From NCBI GenBank assembly GCA_001600815.1, contig BCKZ01000002.1, forward strand, positions 1,310,294-1,374,293: a DNA stretch of 64,000 nt, given 5' to 3'. Below, piece after piece: positions 1 to 12,941 of this stretch. The notes beneath the pieces were generated by a model. The model had not been told where the DNA came from, made no database searches, and saw only the letters and a program-made list of their open reading frames with translations. The translations under genes and the position numbers were made by a program. This DNA comes from Alloascoidea hylecoeti (lineage: Eukaryota). Position 1 is the first letter of the stretch, and every line of letters begins with the position of its first letter.

Positions 1-286
1 CTAAATCAAGACCATCATTAATGTGAAATTGTAATTTTGTAGAAACACCCATAATTGGCGGGATAGTTGTATTCTTAACCTTAAGCTATTTTAATTATTA
101 ATGTGACATGTAACAAAGACTCAAGATGGGATATTGAAAATTAATGCTTGCGCCTAGATGTTATATGCTTAATTAAAAGTTATAGGTCGTATTACCTGAG
201 ACAGTAATTCTAAATCACAACAAGGTTTCTGATGAATAAAACCTCCTAGTTTCTCTCCTCCTTCGACATACTTAAGCACTATATTT

Positions 287-2709
287 ATGAGCACAACAAT
301 TGACAATAGGTCTGTCAAGGGGCCGACCTCAGTAGTTTCGACTGCTACCTTAAACAACGACTCAATTCAACAGGTTTTCGTTGGACTCCGACCATCTTAT
401 ACAAAGTGTATTACAGCAACACCAAATACAGACACCGAACTAGTGGGGTCTATTCTCGATGAAAACTATGACGCTGTTCTTCTTCCAATAACTAACCCCA
501 GTTATCGTACCAAGGCTAAGGACGTGTTCAAAACCCACATCACTCCTATCCGTAATGAGCCAACTCCCAGTTCCTCGTCGCCTAACCCTTCTGACCACCG
601 TTTACTAGTCGTCCCTCCGCCAGAGTTAGAAGATGTTAATATATTCCCAGGTCCACATATTGGTAATGTTATCGGCCTTGTTTCTTCTTGGATTGAGCTG
701 GAATCCGAGGATCCTATAATCTCAGATTTTTCACTTCAGGTGTGTATATGTGCCTACCATTTTTTACCTTTGAAATTGTCTTATAATGATTATACTAATT
801 ATCTTATGCGCATATAAAGGTACTCAATCATGAACTATCTTATGCTTCTTTTTGTGGGTTAAGTCATGTTATCATAGCACCTCCAAAGACTAGTTCTAGA
901 GTCGCACGATATGCCCAAATTATTAGCCATGCTTTATCAGTTTCCAACTTCCTGACTGTATCGATCTCGATTCCTATATGCGAGGAAGCTCGATATGATG
1001 AAGAAACAGGAATAGTAACTTTGCCAAACGATTATTTATCTACATGGGACACTTGGAATACAATAAGAACAATTGCAAATTATAATGATAGACTGAAAAT
1101 CGCATTAGGTCTACCTAAAGGTCAAATACCATATTTCATTATCGATCGATGGTTTTCAGAGCCTGTTTCTTTAATATTAATTTCCTCAAGTATTTTTGTC
1201 CCCAATGGTAAAAACTACCCCGTATTAACAAAATTGAATCAGTCAGTGATCTGGAAATTTGGCAAAAAAGCACCCACACCTTTATTAATTTTACATGGTG
1301 TAGAGAAACCGACCGCAATGGAGGGAGGTGAATCGGCATACCTTACATATATTCGCCATTTGATTCTAAAAGCACCTAAACTTTCAGCAATTGAAAGTTT
1401 CTCGTCTGGTTATTATGACCAACTCCAATCTCCTTTACAGCCTTTGTCAGATAACTTGGAAAATGGAACATATGAAACTTTTGAAAAAGACCCCGTTAAA
1501 TATGAGAATTATGAGCGGGCCATTTATAACGCTATACTTGATAAGAAATATGAATCACCAGAAAAATTTAAGGATGATGAAAATGATGGTAATAATGGTG
1601 TTTTGGTAATGGCAGTTGTAGGTGCCGGGAGAGGACCGCTTGTAACTAGAGCTCTTAATGCAGCTAGATCAGCAAAGAATACAAAAGTCCATATATATGC
1701 CCTTGAAAAGAATCCAAACGCTATTGTGTATTTGACCCATAAACAGGCGACTGAATGGGGCGATGAAGTTGAGATTGTATGCTCAGATATGAGACTTTGG
1801 AATCCACCTTCAAAACTTGATATTGTTATTAGTGAATTACTTGGTAGTTTTGGCGATAATGAATTGGCCCCTGAATGTCTTGATGGAGTGGAGAGATTGT
1901 TAGCTACAAATGGTATTATGATTCCTCAATCTTATACATCTCATTTGGCCCCTGCATTTTCACCAAAGCTTTATCACACTCTACAGAAAAAAAACGATAT
2001 CAGTATGTTTCATTCACCTTATGTGGTTATGCTTCAATCAGTGGATTATTTATCCCCAAAGATACAACAGTGCTGGGAGTTTAATCATCCACATAATCTT
2101 GAAGATCTACCAAATACTGATAACAAGCATAATCAACGTTTCAGTACTACAAGCTTTAAAATACGTCATAAAGGGGTACTTCACGGGCTTGTGGGGTTTT
2201 TTGAGTGTGTTTTATATAAAGATATCGAGTTATCTATCCGTCCCGATAACATCGATGATAAATCCCCGAATATGATTTCTTGGTTTCCAATCTGGTTTCC
2301 TTTAGATACACCATTGTATTTAACGGATGATACCGAAATTGAGGTTTCTATGAATAGATACACAGATGGTCATAAAGTATGGTATGAGTGGTTTGTAGAA
2401 ACATTCATGTACCTGATTGTCCCCATTAATAAAAAGGTGAGATCTAGAGCGACTAGTGTTAACTCGAGCTCTGATGTAGTTAGTTCTAGTCCGGATTTCA
2501 GACAAACTAACAGAAAGTCATCCTATAAAAGTATTGCTGAAAGTGAAGGTGAAGATGAAAGATATAAATCAAGAAAACCTAAAGAAAGTCAAAGATACGT
2601 TCCTATTGAAAAACTGTTTGAAGTCCAAGAGGAGCAACAGGCACGGATAAGAACGGGAGGCTCAAGTTTGCATAATCCAAATGCCAAATATTACTCGATG
2701 GCCCTATAA
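287..2709 (+). CDS. HSL7: Protein arginine N-methyltransferase PRMT5 family (Hsl7/Skb1); exons 287-739 and 820-2709, 780 aa
   Basis: Two ORFs join in frame across intron 740-819 (GTGTGT..TACTAAT..AAG), giving SLQ|VLNHELSYASFCGL. PRMT5 motifs: LQSPLQPLSDNLE, YETFEKDPVKY, VVGAGRGPLV, SELLGSFGDNEL, SWFPIWFP. Confidence 0.95.
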
Positions 2710-5214
2710 TTATAGATTGATCTCCTAAATTTGCGATGTCGATTGAGGTAAAAGCTCAATTCAACTTACTCAAGTATATATAGTCTAGAATTTGACTAAT
2801 GTTTTATGACCACCGCTATAGTGTATAATTATCATAGTGCTACAAGTGTAAGCTAATTGTATTTGATTCCTGAGATTCTCTTCAACTTTTAGTATGATAC
2901 GATAACGAAAATTGTAGATAATACTAAATTATTGCGATTTCTAGAAGGTATAAGTACTAGTATAAATAGATAAACTGCCAGATATTTACTATGTATATAT
3001 ATATCTATTGGATCATTGCAACTGTTGAAAAGTCTGATTGTTTAATTTGTGTATACGACATCGTTCGCATAATAATCTGTATATTTTCAGCGAGGAAAAG
3101 TGACATCTTGAGACCAAAACACTTCGTGCACTACGATATGTTAATTAGAAGCCTACGTTTTACCATTATCACTGATATAATAAGATAGAACCATGAGTTA
3201 ATCCTTCATCTAATAAGTTGGTAATAGCCCATCAGCATTCCTTTCTCACTTCAGTAGTCAGAACTTCCGGATATCACTATACTTCTTCTGGTATACGTAT
3301 AGCTACTTCATCCTTCTGGACTCGTATCATAGATTATGTAGTAGATATATTAAATAAGTAAAATTTCCTCTAATAATAATCATCTGAATATCATTCTTTC
3401 GAGTTCATTCTAAATCGCTAAACATGGTAACAGTTGATGGGAACCTTTTTTAATTATCTCAGTTCAAGCATCCACTTTTACAAATAGTTAAAGAAAAGCG
3501 AATTATTCATCAAAATCAATTGCCACATACGGCTAATCTTGTATTGTTATACGTCTCTTTATAAAACTTACAATGTCATCGAATGTTTTTACTCTATATG
3601 CATTCATGGAATTTAATTCGTTTATTTGTTACCAGTAGTAATACGCACTATTACTCGGGGCCTAACGATTATATTCATAATCTAGCACAAATTACGGTTG
3701 CTCCTACCTACTACGCACAAGTGTGCTTTATATATTCAATTTAAGAACTCTTGACCGTGATCATAAGCTTATAAGGTCTGGGTTGTTACAAATAAATTTA
3801 AGTATTATTGCAAACGAAAACTTTTTATACCCACAGTTGATTTCTATGGATGAAACTTCTTAATGATAATAATCATTATAAACTAAAAAATCTTTCATGC
3901 ATGATCATATATTCAAAAATAAGAGGGCAATATATACGTACATAATTATTGGAGTGCATTAATCTTATACTTACAAACGGAAAATCTCTGATATTTTAAC
4001 TCGTTTAGTGATATTGATGACTTTGATAGAAGATTTCTGATTAACTTTTAGACTTGCTCTGAATGATAAGCATATATTAATTATACTCATAAATCAATTG
4101 CAATTGAAAATCAAGATCTATAGCTTTGTATTTAAAACTTACAGATAGTGATCTATGCACATATGGGAGGAAATTAACATTACTTTTCCTAAATAGTGCC
4201 TACTTTTATTTTTGCAAGATTTTTGATCAACAATATATTATATATAGCTATTAGCTACCGGTATGCATAGTTAACTGTGGTATATTACGCTCTGTAACCG
4301 TAACCGTGATCTCAATTGTAATTTGATATCAACATATATTGCAATGCTCATCATTTAGTTCATGATCTAGAATCTCGAATTTTAAAAGATCGAGAAAACT
4401 TTGCACAGAATTACTTTACGGATCTACTTGGGGCCATCAGCTCCAAAATAAAAGACTTAACTTTTAGCGAGAGTAGTGCTAGCACTGCCGTATAAGATAT
4501 AAGTGATAGATATAAATTATCTAAGAGCGTTGCACATTATCATTTGGCAATAACCGTTTTCCTGTCAAAACTAATTACTATTATAAATCTATATTATAAT
4601 TAGCTAGCTATATTACGAAACAATTGCAATTAATACTACTATCATCGTTGGGAACAATGGGAAAGCAGTCTCTCATAAACTAGAATTATAATGGGTTGGA
4701 CACATCAAAAATAAACATTAATATATTAGATATCTCTTTACTGAGTCTTTAGGTTTTTAGATAGCGATAGCCATGATGCTTAACTTGACCCCGGTTTTTA
4801 TAGCTACAGTTGTATAATAGAAACTAGAAAAAATTGCGATTGGCTGGAAGTTTTAACTCTCTGTGGAGTCTTCAAAGAAGAGAAGATGAATGATAACAAT
4901 TTTAGATAACCGTTACAATTATTAGATTATTATTATAATTAACAGCTTCAATGATTGGAATAATTAATTTGAGGTTCCTAAAAGGTTGTATGCATGAACC
5001 TGTACGTTATGCTTAATTGACTAAGAGACCAAAAAGAAACCAATTGCAGCCCACTATAATCTTTCAAAAGAAAATATCTCAAAGTTTAAGGAAAAACGTT
5101 GCTATATAATTTTAATAATATCTGGACTCCTTATTGTATAAATAGTCCCAAGGTGTTGTTCTTTTTTCTGGAGTATTAACAAGTTCAGTTATAAGAAATT
5201 TATAGATTTACATA

Positions 5215-6384
5215 ATGCATGTCCTGGTAGGTGTCTAGTTATAATCTTGAACCTATATATTCATAATATATCGGATTCCAGATGGATTATCATATACTAA
5301 TTATTTTATACCTATATTCAGATTACCAATGACGATGGTCCACCAAATGATGAGGCATCCCCTTATATCATACATTTGGTTAATGCAATAAAAACTTACA
5401 CAGACTGGACAGTTAGTGTTTGTTTACCAAATACTCAGAGGTAAATTTAACTAGTTTCTCCCATCTGTAAATATGCACTAACAAGTTAGATCTTGGATTG
5501 GTACCGCTCACCTTGCAGGAAAAGACCTAACAGCTTCATTCATTTCTCCATCTTTAAATGATAATTCATATGAAGGTCCATACTCACAACCAAAATATAC
5601 TACTACCGATGATAAAGAAGAGTGGGCTTTAATTGATGGAACCCCAGCCTCAAGTGCAGATATTGGCTATCACCATCTTTTTCAGGATAAAGGACCAATT
5701 GATTTAGTAATTTCTGGACCAAACTATGGGAGAAATTCTACAGCATTATACATTATGTCTAGTGGAACGGTTGGTGCTGCAATTGAAGCAGCATTATTTG
5801 GTGCCAAGTCTATTGCCTTATCATTTGCTTTCAACACCAGATCTATACCAATAGATTCTGTGAAGCAAGCTTCGAAACTCTCGGTTTTCCTTATTGAGAA
5901 ATTATATAAGGACTGGCCAAAAGATAATAGTGTCGAATTATACAGTGTTAACATCCCTTTGACAAAATCTCTGAATGATCGTACAAAAATTTACCACGCT
6001 CCTATTTTGGAAAATAAATGGGGAAGTGCTTATAGTCACGATTTTAAATCTCAAAGTGAAAATATTGAAGCAGATATATTCGATTCTAGCACTTCAAAGA
6101 AGATACAATTTAAATGGGCACCAAACTATGGTGAGGTTCACAAATCCGTTGCTGAAAGTCAACCAGGAAATGATGGATGGGTACTTCAAGAAGGATGCAT
6201 TAGTGTTACACCATTGAAAGCAGTTTTTAGGGATATTCCTATTGCAGGTGAAATCACTCTAGATCTTCCTTCAGATCCAACTACCCCTGTAAATGAAACT
6301 CTTGATGATGGAATGCCAACGAAGTTTATGATAGCTGGTGGATTTGAATATCTTCCAGAAGAGGAAATTGCAATGGATGGTTGA
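5215..6384 (+). CDS. SurE-family phosphatase/nucleotidase resembling the N-terminal half of Pby1 with no TTL domain; exons 5215-5226, 5322-5440, 5490-6384, 341 aa
   Basis: Spliced N-terminus MHVL|ITNDDGPPNDEASPY carries the SurE NDDG motif. Also QR|SWIG, IDGTPA and DLVISGPNYGRN...SSGTVGAA. Introns 5227-5321 (GTAGGT..TACTAAT..CAG) and 5441-5489 (GTAAAT..CACTAAC..TAG). Confidence 0.9.
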
Positions 6385-6585
6385 TTTTTTGTGGTGTTGA
6401 ATATAGAATTATAGAAGTTGAATATGAATATGAATAAAAAAAAAACATATATTATCGTGTCGAGATTACAGATTTTAGGAAAGACCGAATGTGTAACTTT
6501 TTTTCTATAAGTATATCACCATAGCCAAGTACACGAGTTGTTACGCAAAATAAAATACATTAATTATAACTCAACAATATTTTCA

Positions 6586-7186
6586 TCACTGGGACGTATT
6601 CTGCTCTTGATTTTCTTGATTCATATGTTGTAGAAATTGAGACCTGGTGGTACTAACAGCAGTAACAGGTAGAATCAGTCTGTAAGCATCGTTCCTATTA
6701 AGGTAGTAGCGATATAACCTTTTTGTCCTCAGAAATCCCATATTCTCATATAAAGCAATAGCGGCACTATTTACCACCTCTGTTTCTAACATAATTTCAT
6801 CTGCCCCTTGCTCTATCATTATTGATAGAGATTGTTTAACTAAGTTAGAAGCTATCTTTCGTCCCCTATATGGTTTTTTGACAGCCAACATTCCAATATA
6901 ACCCCGCTGTCGAACATCCCTATGTGATTCCAGCTTACTTATTATTACTCCAACAGGCAAATCCTCCGAGTACGCCTATAATATAGACATTATTAGTTGT
7001 TTAGACAGTTAAGATCAACTAGATTCAGCTTACCAAAATGCACAGATCTGCCCATTGATTTAAAAAGTAGCGATAAACATATATAGAATAAGGCTCCGAA
7101 AGATCCTGGGAAATCAGATCCTTTATTATCTCTAACTCCTTTTCATTTGGAGACCTATCAAACCGTTTATAAGATATTGCAGACAT
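6586..7186 (-). CDS. MAK3: NatC N-terminal acetyltransferase catalytic subunit (Naa30/Mak3); exons 7186-7034 and 6975-6586, 180 aa
   Basis: Exon 1 has DLSEPYSIYVYRYFLNQW. Exon 2 has RGYIGMLAV..YRGRKIA, LETEVVN and KRLYRYYLN. Intron 7033-6976 (GTAAGC..AACTAAT..TAG) joins them in frame. Confidence 0.95.
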
Positions 7187-7538
7187 TTGGGGAATAAGTT
7201 TCAATATTTAAAGGAGCAGTCAGGTACGCAATTCATCCGGGTAACTTTGAGATAGGCAATCCCAAACATAAAAGTTATAATCCATAGATCCCTTAATTTA
7301 GTATTAAGATTTCCCTGTTTCTTGTTTCTCTCTTTATTGCCATTTTTTGCCTTTTTGTTTTCTGTTTTGTTTCAATAATAAACATTTTAAAGTTCTCCAA
7401 TATATATCATATATTGGTGATATAGACTGATTCCTTGAAATAGCTTCTATATCTATTTATATTTTCGTACAATACTTCTCTTTCCTGATCTTTACGTCTT
7501 CATGCAAAATATCCCCCTTGCTGTCCAAATCTTCAATC

Positions 7539-10500
7539 ATGAGTACTCAAATGATTGTGAAATATGCCCACACTGGTCAGCAGGCGATTGTTAATCCTCG
7601 CATCTTCTCCAAGTATGTTATCATATATCTATTTTACCATTTTTGTCCTTATCGTTTGGATTTTGCCGCCTAACACGACTTTCTTTTCTACTTCAATAGG
7701 ATAGGCGACTTCAAAAACTGGGTATTAACGACGTTTGGTGTGTCGATAAATCGACAATTATTGTTAACTAAAAATGCGGTTCGATTAAACTTTAGTCACA
7801 TATCTGATGGCGTATGTTGTGTGGAGTGTGGAGTCATTTTATTATTAAAGTTGAGAAACCTGATGCAGTTATGATTACTATTTTACTAACATATTTTAAT
7901 TATGATAATAGCAAGAAATATTCATATACGATAAGCTTTTGTTTTCGACAAAGGAGAGTCCTGATGAGCTGATTAGTGGCATATTAGAACTAGACAAAAC
8001 AGTTAACCCGTTAAATATACCCCCACCACCTAATTATGATATTAGCGATGCACTCTCTTTATATTCATTACTGGACATGCTAGACATCAATGTCGAATGG
8101 TCAAAATCAGTGTTAAACATAATAAAAGGATTAGGTGATGAATTACCGTGGTATACCAAAGCTACAAAAATCACACAACAATCTACACAAATTGCTCTCG
8201 ACAATCAAATGAAATATTCAAACAGCCTTACAACATTTTATGAGAACTTGAGAACTTATTCACAGTCATTAGAACGAGAATCTTTACAACATTCTTGGGA
8301 AGAAGAATACAAAGCACTCGCTACTATTCCCTTGCATTCTGGCTTCTTACTAAACGATTATACAGACCAGGAAAGTAAGACAGTCAAATTTCTTTCTGAT
8401 TTGATCGAATATGAAAAGATAAAACAAACCTCAGATGATGCTTTGAAAATTGCGGCTACTATTGAAACCGATTTACAACATTCAAACACATTGCTTACAA
8501 CAAATGCGAAAGATGAGAGTAATCTTATAAAAACAAATGAAGATCTTAAGGCGCTTAATAATTTATCCTCAGAACCTATTTTGGAATTAATCGAAGAACT
8601 TGAAGTCCTTTGTAAGAAAGTTGAAAGTGATGCACGTCATATTCACTCTTTACCAGAGACATCATCTAATCTCCGTATAGGATTACGACTATTGAATATT
8701 CAAACGACAGAATTCATCCCCCATATACAAGAAATAATATCTGAAGCAACCGATCTTCGGAAAGAATGGTTTGAATTACGCAATAATACAGTCATTTCTT
8801 CAATAAATATCTTGAGAAAAATATCGTTTATTCAACTGGATTCTAAACAAATCAAGACATTACTTGATGCCATTAGAAACAACTTAGAGACTGTTCATAA
8901 TAGTAGAACTACTTTTATTGATGTTATAGACTTGCCAGTAATTTATGGCTTATTACTGATTGAAATGCTAAGAAGAACAGAATGGAATAGAGAAATGAAG
9001 AAATCTATCAATCAATCATCAGAGAATTTTGCAACTGCCAAACAAAAGGAAATTAAAAGAAGAAATTCCTGGAATTTAGAAATCGGTTCCAGCTTTCCTT
9101 TTAAAGAGATACCTCAAACAAATGATATGTTTGATTTAAATATAGAGCTAAAAGATATACCTGAGTCATCATCATCCAAGTTTGAGGTCACTGAAGAAGA
9201 CATATTACATTATATTAATCAGTTAAAGGCCAATCCCGCTTGGAATGATATAGCTGTAAAGCTTGAAACCCAATTTAAACAATCTCGTTTGGCAATGAGT
9301 AGTTTTAGCATATCATCCCTTAAGCCGTCACTTAAGCCGTCACTTAAGCCGTCACTTAAGCCATCACTTTTAATCTATCCAAAAGCAAGCGCTAACCAAG
9401 CTACAACGGAAAAAACAGTAACTGTAAAGTCTCCAACGCCTTCATCAAGTAATGGTAGCAATGGAAGCTTGGATATAATGTCTGATGAAAATGAGAAGAT
9501 GAGAAATTATGAGTCGAGAATAAGAAAACTAGAAGATTTGCTTCATCAAAAGCAAGTAAAGGAAGGTGCAGTATGGTCAATGTCACCGTCATCTGCTCAA
9601 GATGCAGATTTTAAACGATTATCAATGGCTGCATTGAATTCTGAAGTTGAAGCTTTACAAAATCAAATACGTTATCATAATGAGACACATGCAAATGAAG
9701 TGAAGTCTCTGAATGAAACTATAGTTGCATTACAAGAAAAAAACAAAATATTAAGTTTAAAAAATGAAGAAACCGAGACAATTAAACAAGACTTATTAGC
9801 AAATATGGCATCAAAAGAAGTTGAATTTTCACACGAAAGAAATTTATTCAAGGATGAAATAAAAACTTTAAATGATAGAATTGAAGAATTAGAAATGGAT
9901 GATAGCTATGAAAAGGAAATTCAACATCTTACTGTTGTTAAAGCTGTTTTACAAGAAGAAAATTCATCTTTAAATAAAGTACTTGATTTCTTTATTGAAA
10001 AAACTAAAGATTTAACTCAAAAGCTTTATACAGGTTATCAAAGGAGTTGTCTTTTGCTCGAAAATGTTGGTTTACTTCTTGTTAAAGATGAAAATGAGGA
10101 TAAACTCAAACCACCCAGCATTAAAATTATTAGGGTAAAAGGTTTAAAGAAACAGCAAAAACAATCACAATTATCATCACAACTAGAATTAATTAATTTA
10201 CCTAAATTGGATGGTTCATTATCAGGAATAATGGTTCCATTACCTTCATCTAGATTATATAATACGCGCTTACTTTATTGGATGGATCAACCAGCTAATG
10301 ATGAAGGCACTTCAGTAACAGAGTCAGAATATTCTGCTATAGGTTCCTTGTTAAGTAATGGGAGAAATAATATAAACCTTGGTGAAATGGAAGATCGATT
10401 TGCTGAATTCATATCCGAAATTTATATGGATTACGATCTTTTTAAGGACGCAATTGATAAACGTTTTCATGATGTTGAGCATTTAGCAAGAAAACTTACC

Positions 10501-10905
10501 CATGAATCTAGCTATTATAGAGAACGAAATCAAAGCTATGAAATGGAGTGTAAATATAAAGTAGCTATTCGAATGTTCAGGACTGGTGATTTAGTTTTAT
10601 TTTTGCCAACAAGAAATGGAAATGATAATAATCACCAGGGACGATTTAGAGTTATCGATAATTATAGTGAAGACAACGAAATACAACCATGGGCTGCGTT
10701 TAATATCGGTACACCGCATTTTTTCTTAAGGAAAGACCCTAAATTTGGGTTGAGTAATAGGGATTGGTTACTAGGAAGAATTAAAAGAATCGAAGATAAA
10801 ATTGTTACAGAAACGAATGTTGACGATAGAACTGAGAATCCATTTTCATTGGCCGTAGGTATTAGGTGGTTTTATATTGATGCTGAGGAGGAGCTGCGAT
10901 TATAA
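7539..10905 (+). CDS. ATG11: Autophagy scaffold Atg11; exons 7539-7612, 7700-7811, 7912-10905, 1059 aa
   Basis: C-terminal Atg11 domain motifs (FRTGDLVLFLPTRN, WAAFNIGTPHFFL, DWLLGRI, ENPFSL), a central coiled coil and YESRIRKLEDLLH. Two GTATGT introns (7613-7699, 7812-7911) restore an N-terminus MSTQMIVKYAHTG. Confidence 0.92.
9316..9369 (+). repeat. 12-bp coding minisatellite (TCACTTAAGCCG)x4 encoding (SLKP)4 in ATG11
   Basis: Tandem units read directly from the sequence. Confidence 0.9.
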
Positions 10906-11150
10906 ACTGATTTTTTATATTGACTTCAGAATTTTTTATTAGCATTTGGTACATTTGTTGCATTTATATACTTACAGGTATGACTTATTAATTGATTCTA
11001 TATATAGCTATAGGTTGTTTTTTTATTATATGATTAATCATATAGGTGTTTACAATTAAGTATGTTTAATTTATTATTATATAACAAAAATATATTGAAT
11101 TTAACGGGATAAAAATACAAAACTAAAACTAAGAGCTGCACCGTGTAATC

Positions 11151-11237
11151 GGTATTTCAAGGTCGCCGAAGCTCNCACCTATTCTACACCCTCTATGTCT
11201 TTTCACAATGTCAAACTAGAGTCAAGCCCAACAGGGT
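11151..11237 (-). pseudogene. Dispersed ~87-bp fragment of the large-subunit (25S/26S) rRNA gene
   Basis: Reverse complement ACCCTGTTGGGCTTGACTCTAGTTTGACATTGTGAAAAGACATAGAGGGTGTAGAATAGGTGNGAGCTTCGGCGACCTTGAAATACC closely matches the conserved fungal LSU domain V segment that follows GGGGAAAGAAG. The flanks are not rDNA. Confidence 0.9.
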
Positions 11238-11312
11238 AAGGCTGAAACTAACTAACAATATATTAATAGAAGAATAAATCAATCGATTCGGCCGTATTAA
11301 TATGCAACAGAT

Positions 11313-12692
11313 TTATATATGCACTTCCTTCTCTTCCTCCCATTTTCTAGGGACAAACCTCCAATGGTGCGCAATTAACTTTTCGTTATCAAGATTATCT
11401 CCCTTTTTGAAACGATTCTTGATAAGTGTACCACTTTCAATATAGGTAGGATCTAAATCAGCCTTTTCACAAAGATTCAAAAACTTTTTGTTTAAGTCTA
11501 AGGAATTAAATTCAGCAGTGGTATTAGTTGAGCCCGATACTAAATCTTCACTTAATGAATCATTTTTAATTTCATAAAAGTCTTTTAGATTTATTTCCTC
11601 ATTTTCAAACCACCTATTTTTCCAAACTACTCCAGTTTTCTCCTCTTCTTTCCTCATTGCTCGTTGTGCTTCTTCAATCAGAGTTTTTTCTATGCTGATC
11701 TTTTCAATATCACCCTCGCGAATAGCATTCGATACTTTGAACCATGTCTTTCTGGATTCTAATTCATGCTGCTCCTCTAAAGGTTTAACAATCAATTCTT
11801 GTGGAATTTGTGTCGCTGCATCATAAAACGATGCAGAAGTTTTATCATAATTATTAGTAGTTTCTGGATCTAGTGAAGGATCCGGTTTAATTGTTGAGTT
11901 ACCAGACCATTGTCCATTGATAGAATATACTGGCTTTTCCTTAGCTAAAAATGATTCTCTAGATTCATATAAAAAGGCGCTAAATGAATTTTTAGCTCCA
12001 TAAATATAACCAGCACTTGCATAATTGATAACTGAATATAAACCATTTGAGGCTTGAATGTAAGAAGTTCCTCCTAATTCAATTATTGGTTTACCATAAA
12101 ATAAACCTTCTAAATGTAACGGAGGTAGGGTAACAAGGTAATCCTCTTTAACAAACTCATTATCAATTGATAACAAAGCATGTCCAAATTGTCGTACAGC
12201 GATTTGAACCCTATTCAATCCAGCTTTCGCTTCATCATAGCCTTGTAATTTAATGCCATGTTTATCATTAGAAATGTAATAGGCAGTTATCGGAGGATGA
12301 TGACATACCTGTTCCGTCAAGATAATAGTTTTACCGATATTAGAACCTTTTGGTTCATTATAAGACCCCACAAATAATTCACCAAGAAAAGGATTTAACG
12401 GTTTCTTTTCGCTTCCCACTGCTTCTTTTCTTGAAGAGTACTGTGGCTTTAGAGTCGAAATGAACCATTTCAAAACAGCCAGAGATCTTTGAATTTTAGC
12501 CTTATGGTCATTCCCGCCATTTTTCTCTAAAGATGGCTCGATTAATAATTCCGGATGTGTCCCCCAAGCAGCAGAGTACTCAATTAAAGAAACTGGTGAT
12601 AGTATAAAAGGAGGAGCGGTAAGAGAGTATAGATTACCGGTATAGTAAGTAAGCGATTTAAGAAATGATGACCATGAATCAGAATCAGACAT
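11313..12692 (-). CDS. KES1: Short oxysterol-binding protein homologue, Kes1/Osh4 type, 459 aa
   Basis: SWSSFLKS...LTAPPFILSP lid region, EKKPLNPFLGELF, the ORP signature EQVCHHPP and LESRKTW. Exact orthology (KES1/HES1/OBP paralogue) is uncertain. Confidence 0.85.
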   Translation of the reverse strand: MSDSDSWSSFLKSLTYYTGNLYSLTAPPFILSPVSLIEYSAAWGTHPELLIEPSLEKNGGNDHKAKIQRSLAVLKWFISTLKPQYSSRKEAVGSEKKPLNPFLGELFVGSYNEPKGSNIGKTIILTEQVCHHPPITAYYISNDKHGIKLQGYDEAKAGLNRVQIAVRQFGHALLSIDNEFVKEDYLVTLPPLHLEGLFYGKPIIELGGTSYIQASNGLYSVINYASAGYIYGAKNSFSAFLYESRESFLAKEKPVYSINGQWSGNSTIKPDPSLDPETTNNYDKTSASFYDAATQIPQELIVKPLEEQHELESRKTWFKVSNAIREGDIEKISIEKTLIEEAQRAMRKEEEKTGVVWKNRWFENEEINLKDFYEIKNDSLSEDLVSGSTNTTAEFNSLDLNKKFLNLCEKADLDPTYIESGTLIKNRFKKGDNLDNEKLIAHHWRFVPRKWEEEKEVHI

Positions 12693-12941
12693 GTTCGGTA
12701 ATTGTCAAAAAGTAGGTTCAGGTATTTTAAAAGGTATATCTATTATAAGCAATAACACGTAAATCCCCAAATTTTCGGTCTCGAAATTATGTTCCAGATT
12801 TATGGGGAAGTGTTTAATTTTTTCTGAAGAGGAGAGGGAAAAAAGATAAGATCATTCTTTTCTTCTTATTTTTTAAGTTCAACCCAACATAGCACCATCA
12901 TCAACACATGTTGAAATTGGAAAAAGACACCTGAAATATCA

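Noticed and set aside
3170..3330. Minus-strand EVRKEC*WAITNLL resembling an importin-alpha ARM repeat
   Set aside because: A single short motif amid stops with no supporting collinear similarity; could be chance.
11313..12692. ORP gene as a marker of a Candida-type mating-type (MTL) locus
   Set aside because: No PAP1, PIK1, SLA2, homeodomain or alpha-box gene nearby. The HMG protein in the window is clearly Nhp6.
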